DNA of 63,821 nt, filler included, from Phoronis australis (Eukaryota > Animalia > Phoronida), in the NCBI GenBank assembly GCA_002633005.1. It is 11 parts of 11 records of this genome, joined end to end, with 100 filler letters (N's around TTAATTAATTAA, not from the genome) between each part and the next. Parts side by side here need not be neighbours in the genome. Positions count along the whole stretch, not along the records: positions 8,586 to 14,797 come from NMRA01000204.1; positions 14,898 to 17,579 come from NMRA01003499.1; positions 17,680 to 21,478 come from NMRA01000719.1; positions 21,579 to 28,374 come from NMRA01002110.1; 7 more parts are not named here. The stretch is one strand, 5' to 3'. Below, one piece after another: positions 12,060 through 23,467 of the stretch. The notes beneath the pieces are model-generated. The model ran no database searches. It was given only the letters and a program-made list of their open reading frames with translations, and was not told the origin of the DNA. Position 1 is the first letter of the stretch, and each line of letters opens with the position of its first letter. Made by a program: the position numbers and the translations under genes.

Positions 12060-13020
12060 TATCACTAAGCACAGGTACCTTTAATCAGCTGCTTGTATGG
12101 CATTATAGTAAACAGAAGGTATATAAGAGTGATTCAATATGGCCGTCAAGCAGACCAGTTTATGCTGATTAAAATCAGTGGAACGATTTAAAAGACACTT
12201 CAAATAAGTAATTACATGCGTGCTTATCTTAATGTTTGTTTAGTGAAGACACAACCATTAAAGACAAATGGAACCATCTTATGCAGGCAATATGCATCAA
12301 AGTCCACAGTTCACTCACTGATTAACGATAGGTACTGCAGATTGTGCTCTAAAATAGCCTTACACCAAATGAAAGCAACAACATGTGTGGCATAGCTACT
12401 CATTGGTTGAAAGTTTTGTGCCATTCATTTGGCAGAGGCGCGAGTCAGAAAGGTGTTATAATATAACCCAGTGTTTTATAGAGGTTGATTAGCCATGCCG
12501 TGTTGAACACACACTCTGGAACAAAGTCGACTTCTAATACTTTTTTATGAAGAGCATGTTCGTTTGAGTCAAATGAAAACACAGAAGATGTACTTGTTGT
12601 GATGCACAATTGTTCCAAGAACATGTGTTAAAATATTTACTTTCGTGATCCTCAACAGAACATGTCACCACTTATGTTGTTATTTTGATTTGATGCGACA
12701 TAACGTTGAGCATGCACATTAGAAGCGCACTATGCAGTACCCATCATTAATCAGTGAGTAAGCTTTGCAATTTGAGACACATTACCTAAATCAGGTGGTT
12801 CCATTACTTTTAATACCAAAAATTTGTTGTGCCTTCACTCTAAATTTCAAGTTAAGCATCAATACTTGCAATGAATTTGATGTGTATTTTTAACTGTCCC
12901 GTTTATTTTAATCAGTACGAACTCACTTACTCATCGGCCATATTGGATCGCTCTTGTATACCTTCTATATATTATAGTACATAACGGCGAGTGGCTGATG
13001 AAAGTGTCTGTGCACAGCAG
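12060..13020. mobile_element. Foldback-type element with long degenerate inverted arms
   Basis: 12130-12210 (gattcaatatggccg...ctgattaaaat) is the reverse complement of 12870-12950; related sequence at 8257-8400. Confidence 0.55.
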
Positions 13021-13239
13021 AAGCAGGTTTTCAAATTGGGAGAATTTCTCCCAATCGGTGAGTTTTCCCGTCTCAGAAAAAAAATTCTAGGTCTGGAGAG
13101 ATTCTCCAAATTGGAAGAATGAATTTCACAAGTGGCACCTTTGAACAGAGTACAAAAAATTACTACACTTACAAAAATGAACTTAAGTTTTCATTGAAAA
13201 ACTTAAGTTTTTGGTCTGAAAAAAGTGTTAATTGCGAAN

Positions 13240-13789
13240 TGCACCAAGATGTGTCACCACGTCTGTCTTCAGTAGCCGCCTCGTTTCTCTCAACAGCTGC
13301 CTGTGCCTGTGTGTACTCTGCCTCGTTGTACTCGGGCTCAAACATGTACCCACCCACTGAATGTCCGTGAAAAAATTCCTCGTCACCACTGCTGTGAACA
13401 AGGTCTCCGTCACTCACACTACTGTCACTGTGATACGGGTCACCGACTCCAGCCATTTTCAGCTTACAACACACTAAACAATCCCTAAATCCAACGCAGT
13501 TGAGTTCTCTACTAACCTATCTTGCCGCAGAATACTCGCCGATGGAAAGTGGTGGCGACAATTGGTGAAAAATAGCACAAAAAAAAGTAGAATAGAACAG
13601 ATTCGCACAGTAAGCTCAACGCAAAACCAAGTGGCGGGAAGCGCTTGCTTCCTAAAACGTCACTTCCGGAAAAGCGGACAAGTAATTAATAAAATTACGA
13701 AAAGCTGTAATTAAGTGAAAAATATGTCTAGGATAACCAACCAACCTTAATTTAGCTCAAAATGACATGGAAAAAGGTTGCCTTCGCCT
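13240..13789 (-). mobile_element. 5' end of a Kolobok-like DNA transposon carrying a P2X7-C-terminal-like ORF start
   Basis: Terminus TTAA|AGGCGAAGGCAACC (minus strand) at a TTAA target; ORF MAGVGDPY...GGYMFEPEY...DRRGDTSWC truncated at n13239. Confidence 0.7.
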
Positions 13790-14797
13790 TTAATGTTTGT
13801 TTAGTGAAGACACAACCATTAAAGACAAATGGAACCATTTTATGCAGGCAATATGCATCAAAGTCCACAGTTCACTCACTGATTAATGATAGGTACTGCA
13901 GATTGTGCTCTAAAATAGCCTTACACCAAATGAAAGCAACAACATGTGTGGCATAGCTACTCATTGGTTGGAAGTTTTGTGCCATTCATTTGGCAGAGGC
14001 GCGAGTCAGAAAGGTTTTATAATATAACCCAGTGTTTTATAGAGGTTGATTAGCCATGCCGTGTTGAACACACACTCTAGAACAAAGTCGACTTCTAATA
14101 CTTTTTTATGAAGAACATGTTCGTTTGAGGCAAATGAAAACACAGAAGATGTACTTGTTGTGATGCACAATTGTTCCAAGAACATGTGTTAAAATATTTA
14201 CTTTTGTGACCCTCACCAGAACATGTCACCACTTACGTTGTTATTTTGATTTGATGCGACATAACGTTGAGCATGCACATTAGAAGCGCACTATGCAGTA
14301 CCCATCATTAATCAGTGAGTAAGCTTTGAAATTTGAGACACATTACCTAAATCAGGTGGTTCCATTAGTTTTAATACCAAAAATTTGTTGTGCCTTCACT
14401 CTAAATTTCAAGTTAAGCATCAATACTTGCAAATGAATTTGATGTGTATTTTTAACTGTCCCGTTTATTTTAATGAGTACGAACTCACTTGCTCATCGGC
14501 CATATTGGATCGCTTTTGTATACCTTCTATATATTATAGTACATAACGGCGAGTGGCTGATGAAAGTGTCTGTGCACAGCAGAAGCAGGTTTTCAAATTA
14601 GGAGAATTTCTCCCGATCGGTGAGTTTTCCCGTCTCGGAAAAAAAATTCTAGGTCTGGAGAGATTCTACAAATTGGAAGAATGAATTTCACAAGTGGCAC
14701 CTTTGAACAGAGTACAAAAACTTACTACACTTACAAAAATGAACTTAAGTTTTCATTGAAAAACTTAAGTTTTTGGTCTGAAAAAAGTGTTAATTGC
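13790..14797 (+). repeat. Near-identical duplicate of 12229-13237 (probable uncollapsed haplotype)
   Basis: ~1 kb collinear match with scattered SNPs either side of a single-n join. Confidence 0.9.
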
Positions 14798-15032
14798 NNN
14801 NNNNNNNNNNNNNNNNNNNNNNNNNNNNNNNNNNNNNNNNNTTAATTAATTAANNNNNNNNNNNNNNNNNNNNNNNNNNNNNNNNNNNNNNNNNNNNAAT
14901 TAATTCTAGACAGATTGAATTGTATTAGGTGCTAATTTTATTACATTTATGTATTCGGCTTTTACGTCACAAATCTAAATTGAAGTAACTTTTCATTTTT
15001 TGTTGATACATGATCCTTAAATTCAATTTCCA

Positions 15033-16672
15033 TTTTATTATGCGCCCACATATTTATATGTGGACGCATTATGCTGTCATCTCCGTCCTTCCGGGCGGCG
15101 TCTGTCCGGCGTCCGCTGCTTTATCTCCAAAACCCTTTGACAAACGTTCATGAAATTTGGCACATATGTTCCATTCATGAATGGGACGGCATGTGCGAAC
15201 TTTTGGACGGATCCGACTACCGGTGTGCCCCCTAGTGGCAATTTTAATTTTTTTATGCTTACCTTTGTATGTTCAAAAGTCCTGAACGGATTTTCATGAA
15301 ATTTGGTATGTAGGCACCTATTAGTGAGGTGACGCTATCCTCCAGTTTTCAGATGGATTCGACATAGTTTTCGCCACCTAGTGGCCATTTTTAGTGTTTC
15401 TGAGTCTGTTTTTGTGCGTCCACCCCTCTATCAACCAAACCGCTCAAAGGATGATTGTTAAAATTTGCGTGTATATGCTTACTATGTAGAGGACGGTTTA
15501 CGATGATTTTCAGACGATTTGGACTACTGTGGCGCCTCCTAGTGGCAGTTTTGTTTTTTTTTGCGCCTATGGCTGTATCTCCTAAACCGTTCGCAGGATC
15601 TTTACGAAATTTAATCAGTTTACTTATATTATGTTAACAACAGACGATGACGACTTTTGGACAGATCCGCCTACCAGTGTGCCCCCTAGTGGCAATTTTA
15701 TTTTTTTACGTTTACCTCTGTATCTTCGCAAGTCCTTAACGGATTTTCATGAAATTTGATATGTAGGCACCTATTAGTGCAATGACGCTATCCTCCCGTT
15801 TTCGGATGGATTCGACCTAGTTTGCGACACCCAGTGGCCATTTTTACTGTTTTTGAGTCTGTTTTTTGGCGTCCACCTCTCTATCAACCACACCGCTATA
15901 AGTATGATTGTGAAAATTGGCATGTATGTTCTTACTATGAAGAGGACGGTTGACACTGAATTTCCCATGACTTTGATTACTGTGNNNNNNNNNNNNNNNN
16001 NNNNNNNNNNNNNNNNNNNNNNNNNNNNNNNNNNNNNNNNNNNNNNNNNNNNNNNNNNNNNNNNNNNNNNNNNNNNNNNNNNNNNNNNNNNNNNNNNNNN
16101 NNNNNNNNNNNNNNNNNNNNNNNNNNNNNNNNNNNNNNNNNNNNNNNNNNNNNNNNNNNNNNNNNNNNNNNNNNNNNNNNNNNNNNNNNNNNNNNNNNNN
16201 NNNNNNNNNNNNNNNNNNNNNNNNNNNNNNNNNNNNNNNNNNNNNNNNNNNNNNNNNNNNNNNNNNNNNNNNNNNNNNNNNNNNNNNNNNNNNNNNNNNN
16301 NNNNNNNNNNNNNNNNNNNNNNNNNNNNNNNTGTTACTTCGTGACTATGAAGGAAAAGTTCCAAGTAGAAATTTGTTTCTGGCATTCTAATGCTGTGCTA
16401 ATCTCGTATGTTGGTAAATTTGTTTTTAATTCTATGTTTCTGTGGTGCTTTAAGCAACTGATGTATAAGATGTGCTTGTATTATGAAGATCACTCACATT
16501 TTGCCCCTAGCCTATTGAGGAGACAATGACCATGCCTTTCCATTTTGCAAAGTACAACATACTACATATATGCCCTCTACTGGCCACTTTATGGTACCAA
16601 TAAACAACCCTAGAGGGATACCGTATGCGGTGCAATTGTGGGCGCATTTCAATGCTCTGCGTTGCTTTTGTT
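15033..16672 (+). mobile_element. Helentron-associated interspersed element (HINE/DINE-like) with internal tandem repeats, spans an N-gap
   Basis: 5' hairpin ATGCGCCCACATAT..ATATGTGGACGCAT, internal ccctagtggc / atgaaatttgg repeats, 3' subTIR TGTGGGCGCAT and end gctctgcgttgcttttgtt. Confidence 0.8.
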
Positions 16673-17516
16673 AAGTAATTTGAATAAAGGCTGAAGTAAA
16701 TGTTGCAGGAATTAAATTTAATTAAACATTAACTTTATCTAATTAAAATTAAGTGAATATACACTATGGTGTTCTTTTTATCTTAACACTCGAGTAATTT
16801 TTTATTTCAGAAAACACCAATAAATGAAAATGTTTTGAAGTGACTGAGTGCTGAGTTCTAGTTACTGTGTTAACAGTACGGGTTCGAACCCTGGAAACTT
16901 GATCTTTCATTGAACCCAGAATAAATTTTTTTCTTAACTTGTTTTTTCCAGAAAATGCCCAGAAAACCAAAATTGTGTTACCTTATCAATTATGTTTTTG
17001 TTTATGTCGTTTCACAAATCATTACTTAATACATACGTAAAGACTTTTTGTCGTTTTTGTGTCTTGGTGACACAGTGTTAAAATACTAGATTTTTTATCC
17101 ATTGTTTGTACTGTGAGGGTTCGAATAATGTAGTAGACAAAATATTTTGCTTGAGGCAGACTGAAATTTTTCAGTTTGAACTTAAGCTTTAAATGAGTAC
17201 AGGTGATCATTGACTATTTAGACAGGGAATTAGCTGAACCTCTTTGCACAAGAGAATGCACACTATAGGTTACCATAGCTACGGGTTGAAAGAGGTGTAG
17301 TTGGCATGCAGTGAATAGGGAGCCTGATGCTCTTTTATTGTCAAATATTGTGGTTCAAATGCAGACTTCCTAGTATCTGAACTCTTGTTGGATCTGTAAG
17401 CAAAGAACCAACTGAAGGGTCTTCTGAAATATTTTAGTGGAAGAAACTTCAAAAATGGTTGCTTTCCACTTAAATAATGGCTACACATTTTGAATATCCT
17501 TCATTTGTTGTTTCAG

Positions 17517-17579
17517 AGTTTATCGTCAAGGACGAGGCAGGTCGTGAGATCACTTTGGACTCTAAGAGGGCTGGTGACC
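17517..17579 (+). CDS. Possible internal exon of an unidentified gene, cut by spacer
   Basis: Good acceptor tttgttgtttcag then open frame (E)FIVKDEAGREITLDSKRAGD. Confidence 0.35.
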
Positions 17580-19478
17580 NNNNNNNNNNNNNNNNNNNNN
17601 NNNNNNNNNNNNNNNNNNNNNNNTTAATTAATTAANNNNNNNNNNNNNNNNNNNNNNNNNNNNNNNNNNNNNNNNNNNNGATTAAAACCCGAGCCCTGAA
17701 CTCAAAAGTCTGAACTGTCTGGACTCTGAAGAGGGTGCTGCATCAAATCACAGGCGTCCTCAGCTTCTGATCGTCCCCAATACACTACTATATATAGTAC
17801 AACAAGGTATGACACTCCTGACCAGAAATTCCACGGGTGCTTCACTTCAGTTGTCCATGTCAAACACAAAACTCAATAAATTTACACAAAACAAACCAAT
17901 TAACAATTTTTCTTTCTTCTAATACCATTCGCAGTGTCCTGCAGCTCCAGCAAGATCGCAACAAATTCGGGGTCAAAGCACAAAAATGTTCCCAAAAAGC
18001 CCACGCATCAGTCCTCCTTTGACGGTTTGAGGTGAAGAGGTCAAGGAACGGCACAGTAATTACCGATTTGTCATGGAAGGTTACGAAATCGTCTGGCTTT
18101 AAGTACAGAAAATCTGAAAACGCGGAAATAGAAGTTGGTTTCATCAGTGCCCATTTTTATATATATTATCATAGTCTAGACAAAGTCAGTGATAAATTAG
18201 ATAAACAATTAATGTCTCCGCAACTTACAGGCATCAAGTCAGGGATTGGTGGCACTGAACAGTTAGGCTGCAGCCACGAGGCATTTTCTAGTCCCTAGAA
18301 TTTATGTACAGGGCGTACGTAAGGTTTGGCTAGTTGTTTGAGGAATTTGTTGAAAACAAATGCCAGGAAACTGATTTACTTGTGTTTTTGAATGAGAAAA
18401 TACAAGTTTTTTAGCCGTGACCTACTTTTGATGCAAAACAGTAGCTTTCGTTTGCTTTCAACCCGTCGCCTGCTGTCCGAGAAACCGGCTGCGATTTCAG
18501 GTGGCTGTCAGACAGATCAAAATTGCCAAAAAAGTAGCTGGTAAGGGGTATACTATGACCACAATTTTAGAAGCTAGAGACTGCGAGCATTCTGAATCTG
18601 TAGTCGGATTTTTCCTAGCACTTACAGGGAAGTGACAATTCTGAGGAGAAAATTGTCAAATTTGATGTTTTTTGTTAATATTTTTGTGTGAAGGGATTTT
18701 TGGCCGATGCGAATTAACCCGTTACAAATCTGTGGCATAAGTAAGTTTCAGTTGTAGACTTCTTGGACTGCCACAAGCCTGTTGACTGTTGTAATAACTG
18801 TAGCGTGCCCCCATTTGTTTACGGAAGCAGTTTTTCTCCTGGTGGCTAAGAGTGGAGTTATCGATGTCGTGATACTCCGGCAGAAGTGAAGCACCCGTGG
18901 AATTCCTTGTCCAGACTGTCATACCTTGTACTAGTGCAGTGTATTGGGGACGTTCAGAAGCGGAGGACGCCTGTGCGTCAAATAACCGCACGGATTACAT
19001 GACCAAACAAGAGAAGGGCTCCGCGTTCCGTCATATATATTAATGAATGTACTGCAGATTCACCAAATTCCCAATATCATAATTAAAAGAAAAACTCACC
19101 TTTTCTTTGGTAAAATGTTCATTTTTCACATCAAACCTGCCTTTCCAGCAGCAGACAGGAGATTCCGTCACAACAAACCGAGAACGAGGCACCAATGACA
19201 TGTCAATTTCTTACCTCCTAACCCAAGAGACCACTTGCTTCCGGAAATGGCAGCTTTCACTGAAAATCTGGGCGATAGGAAAGAAAGGTTTGATTAATAT
19301 CTTTCTCACTGTGCTCCTTTCAAATCGGGCAAACATTGTATTTAAAACTGTTCAAGCCTGTGACACAATATGACTTAGTGAAAGCCTTTAAATGAAACCA
19401 AACGATTACAATAAACAGTGCTCTTCTAATGCTTGGCAGTCAGCTACTAGAACTTTTAAGTTAAGCTGTTAGTAATAT

Positions 19479-19755
19479 AAGCAATGACCATCGCCTCTGT
19501 TGGCCCGAACCAGAGGCGATGCAGAGGCTATAGGCGCTCTGTACGCCGGAAGCTTTTCGGCGAATTATGCCTCGCACCGACTAAACCATCAGAGTCACGT
19601 TGTTATAAATACCTTTTGCGCACAGAGGAACACCTGAGGAGGTTGTCGATGTGTTTAATTCCTTCCAACTCGAACAAATACTCCTGTTATGAAACTTTTT
19701 CTTCGAGCAGTCCCTATTTCAGTTCCCAAAATTGTGAAATCAACATTTTCAGTTT
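19479..19755 (+). mobile_element. Terminal fragment of a second HINE-like family (copy at 31579-31843)
   Basis: Near-identical to 31579-31843; terminal hairpin CATCGCCTCTG-n11-CAGAGGCGATG. Confidence 0.7.
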
Positions 19756-19814
19756 TTTAACCAGGCCGAAGATAAGAATGTTGTATTACTGCAGGTTCAC
19801 TAGCTAGGCCTCTA

Positions 19815-21478
19815 GAAGTACTCACCAGTTAAAACACAGCTATTCAAGCTTCAGGTAAAACCCAATCCCGGTGCCCATCCCTGACATCCTGATTGCTTGC
19901 TGAAAGACTGCCAGCAGGGTTCCCGCCAGCAGTTTAAATAAAACAAGCATCCGGGGAACCATAAAACTGACAAATAACAAGACACCACAGAAAGATAAAG
20001 GACGAATGATGGTGACGATTACAACATTCCCCTCCTCCCTAAAAAAGTGTGGGGCCCACCTGGGAATCAACATCATTCGCCAGATACAAAAAACTTCCCA
20101 AAAATTTAACCATATCCCCCCTTACCAAAAATAAAGCCACTGCTAAATAGACCTAGAGTGTTAGAATGACAAGGACAGTTCNGATAAAGGACGAATGATG
20201 TTGACGATTACAACATTCCCCTCCTCCCTAAAAAAGTGTGGGGCCCACCTGGGAATCAATATCATTCGCCAGATACAAAAAAATTCCCAAAAATTTAACC
20301 ATATCCCCCCTTACCAAAAATAAAGCCACTGCTAAATAGACCAAGAGTGTTAGAATGACAAGGACAGTTCCCCTAGAAGCAGAGAATAATGCACACAGGT
20401 TAAATATAGAAGTAACAAAAATAATAAAAAGAGTTCAGAGTGCCAGCACATCCCAAACACATGAAGTAACTCATAAAGAGAAAACCTAGCAGGATCCCAA
20501 CCCACCCCCCAGGGCGGGAGAGCAGTCACCTAACGGAAAAAGTTCTCGCTAGGGAGACTCCCCGGACTTGTAGTTGCAAAAGGGTATAGGACACGTGCCT
20601 TTCTAGTGGAGTTCTCAAAATAAACCCTGCACTATCATGATACACGCATGCCACCCTTAATTGCACTAGTACATTTTGACGTGCTTTGGGTGGAGGCCGG
20701 GCAGACATATTCCAACCCAAAGGGAACGCCTTGGACGCAGCCCTAAAATGGACAGGTTCACAGAGAACTGTGACTGACCCTCCATTAAACATAGGCCTCC
20801 TGGCAACTGGGACGGACATGAAAGTACCGCACCCAGGTTAACCAAGCACTAGGGATAGATAATAAATAGGGGCTCTAGTTGTAGGGAGAAAGTATTAGCT
20901 CAATGAAATGGTGTCCAGTGACATAACCAAAACACTGCCTAAGCCTAACCTCCCCAACTACACGGACATAATAAATAAATAAATAAATAAATATCAGGGA
21001 TATGATAATAAATAAGGGACTTAGTTTTAATGAGAAAATATTAGGTCAATGGAATGGTGTTCAATTCAATGACACAACCAAAACACTGTCTAAGCCTAAA
21101 CTCATCAACTACAAGGACGAAATAAATAAATAAATAAATACCAGGGATATGATAATAAAAAAGGGACTTAGTTGTAGTGAGAAAGTATTAGGTCAATGGA
21201 ATGGTATTCAATTCAATGACATAACCAAAACAATGTCTATAAGACTAAACTCACCAACTACAAGGACGCAATAAATAAATAAATACCCAAAACCCAAAGG
21301 ATAAAAACCCAGTTAAACCATAAACAACCCCAACAGACCAAGAGACCACTTGGCCACCGTACCAGCAACCGCTAGCACGATACCACTCCCCTATCCAACC
21401 TTCCCCCCGGACCTACGGAAAATGCCCTGGTCAGGCAAAGGTTTTCAAGAAAAAGTGGTTGAATACTCCTAGAAAAAA
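19815..21478 (-). other. GT-skewed segment with hydrophobic degenerate ORFs; candidate NUMT
   Basis: Strong strand skew; frames 20400-20819 and 20228-20485 stay open when TGA=Trp; no gene identity recognised. Confidence 0.4.
20860..21285. repeat. Tandem repeat, 3 x ~146 bp, containing (aaat)n
   Basis: Units start near 20860, 21006 and 21153 (taataaataagggacttagtt...caaaacactg...caactacaaggac). Confidence 0.85.
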
Positions 21479-21578
21479 NNNNNNNNNNNNNNNNNNNNNN
21501 NNNNNNNNNNNNNNNNNNNNNNTTAATTAATTAANNNNNNNNNNNNNNNNNNNNNNNNNNNNNNNNNNNNNNNNNNNN

Positions 21579-22151
21579 CCAGCCAACGATGTGATGCTTT
21601 TTTACTGCGTTGGGAATGAATTATCATTTCCTGGCTCAAGTATTCAGGAATGTTTGACCAGTTTTCTTTATCAATCTTCGCTAGAAATGACTGTCGTTTC
21701 CGTCTTATAGCAGTTTTGGACTTTTGAGCTAGTTCCACTTTGAAGAATATCTTTGGTTTGTGGTCGCGAGACTCGCGTATATACAACTCTATTGACTCCA
21801 GTGATGAGAGGAAGAGCAAGCACATGTATGAGTACTGCTCAAACTGCTCAAAGAGAACTTCCACCTTATCTACAGGATATCCACCGGTACATAATTCTGA
21901 GTTGTTACTGGTTGTCCTCAGCGGGAATCGAAATAAAGTGCCAGGATAGTAATTATTGCTGACGAACGTCTTGTTGAAAACGAGACCTAGGTTAGGGTCA
22001 GTGAACGGGGTGTAAAACCCTGATTGATCATCGCCAATATCAGCTAGATCCCAGCAAGCTCCTTTCAGTGGACGATATCTGTCATCGTGGAAATACCTCT
22101 CATGTGGATCTAGAAGTCCAATCATGTTTCCACTAAGAACGCCAGGCAAGT
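21579..22151 (-). CDS. Sacsin-like protein, exon (sacsin repeat region), runs into spacer
   Basis: DLPGVLSGNMIGLLDPHERYF...YPGTLFRFPLRT...SEL...CLLFLSSLESIELY; ttttgtag acceptor. Confidence 0.9.
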
Positions 22152-22591
22152 CTACAAAAGAACATAAACACAAACTGGTGTACGTTCAGTGACGTGGTGT
22201 GGACACGATAAAATAATCGTGCGAGCCCATTTATTACATAAGCTAAGTTGCACGATCACTTGACGCTCGAATATACATTTGAGCAATGGTGCCATCGATG
22301 AACAACTCCTACGTTTTCACTGTAAAAGTTATCATTATTTTAGATAACACCAAGATACATCACAGAGAACATAAAAGCTAGCACTGCTATTCAATTTTGA
22401 AAACTGTATATCATAACTAAGAAAATAACCTCCTTCCTCTTTGCATGCGTAAGGATTTGTTAAATAATTGTGATTTAGCGCAAAGCAACAATTTGTCACA
22501 CTTCTAGTGACGACAGATTGCTTGAAATGTAATAAATACTCCTCACGTCTTACAACCACAGTTGTATGCAGTACTACAATACGCATACAAC

Positions 22592-22622
22592 CAGACAGAC
22601 AGCAGACAGACAAACAGACAGC

Positions 22623-22665
<43 letters not shown>

Positions 22666-22747
22666 TAGATAGGTACACACACTCACAGGCACACACAGAC
22701 ACACACAGACACACACAGACACAGACACAGACACACACACACACACA
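22592..22747. repeat. (CAGA)n / (CA)n microsatellite
   Basis: Directly visible; followed by a HINE-like tail (gtgccaaatttggtgaaaatcgg...gactagt) to ~22860. Confidence 0.9.
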
Positions 22748-22915
22748 NAATATTTTACCGCTGTTTATAGATCCCATAGGACTACCTATGTGCCAAATTT
22801 GGTGAAAATCGGCTGACCCCCACCTTGCCGCTCATGGCTGGTGCTCTCGTGGACTAGTACTTAAGTGCCAGTAGGGAAACTTGCAAGTGGTCTATTGAAT
22901 GAACTAGCAAAATAC

Positions 22916-23063
22916 CTGTCAAATGAAAAACAGATTTGAAGCCCAGTCCGAAGCGACCCACTTTGATCGGGTCTTCTTTCTTGAAGCTGTCATAAATGGT
23001 TCGAATTCCCAACCAGTCTTCTTCACTAAAGATGGCGTCGTTGAAGGCATAGAGTGCAGGTCC
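22916..23063 (-). CDS. Sacsin-like exon (HSP90-like ATPase motifs), not shown in the ORF track
   Basis: GPALYAFNDAIFSEEDWLGIRTIYDSFKKEDPIKVGRFGLGFKSVFHLT; tatag / gtattt; phases join both neighbours. Confidence 0.93.
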
Positions 23064-23467
23064 CTATAGGAGACTTGGGTGTAAAGTGCTAGATTTACGT
23101 CATGTTCACAGCCACCACGACAGTCCCGAAACGTTATGCAATGTTTTTCGGAGTTCAAGTTCTGTTAGATATCGCTACGTTTCCTTGTTGTCTAACACAG
23201 GCCGTAAAGAAATTAGGGAGTACGGATTTCCGCTTCAAATTTTCGCCTCATTTCTGCCAACTACGGTTGCCCGTATATTCTCCCTCCCCGGCCCTTTTCG
23301 TTCTGATGCGGCCTCACGTTTATTAGGCTCTGCCCAAAGTCTGACATATTTTCAGGTTCTGACAAAGCCTTCTGCGTACGAAAAATACTTGATTTGGTGT
23401 TTATTTGTGCCCACGGCATTAAGAAGTCTGTCCAAAGCGTCACTGATAATTGTGTCGTGAGACATCG

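Noticed and set aside
15774-16385. Long ORFs of 203 and 163 aa in the ORF track
   Set aside because: Mostly N-run; the flanks are HINE sequence.
19484-19807. ORF MTIASVGPNQRR... repeated at 31585
   Set aside because: Chance ORF within a dispersed non-autonomous element; no recognisable domain.
19994-20371. 188-bp direct duplication
   Set aside because: Copies abut a single n (20182), typical of an unmerged contig overlap.
22335-22805. Several overlapping low-complexity ORFs
   Set aside because: Translations of the (CAGA)n/(CA)n microsatellite in a sacsin-like intron.
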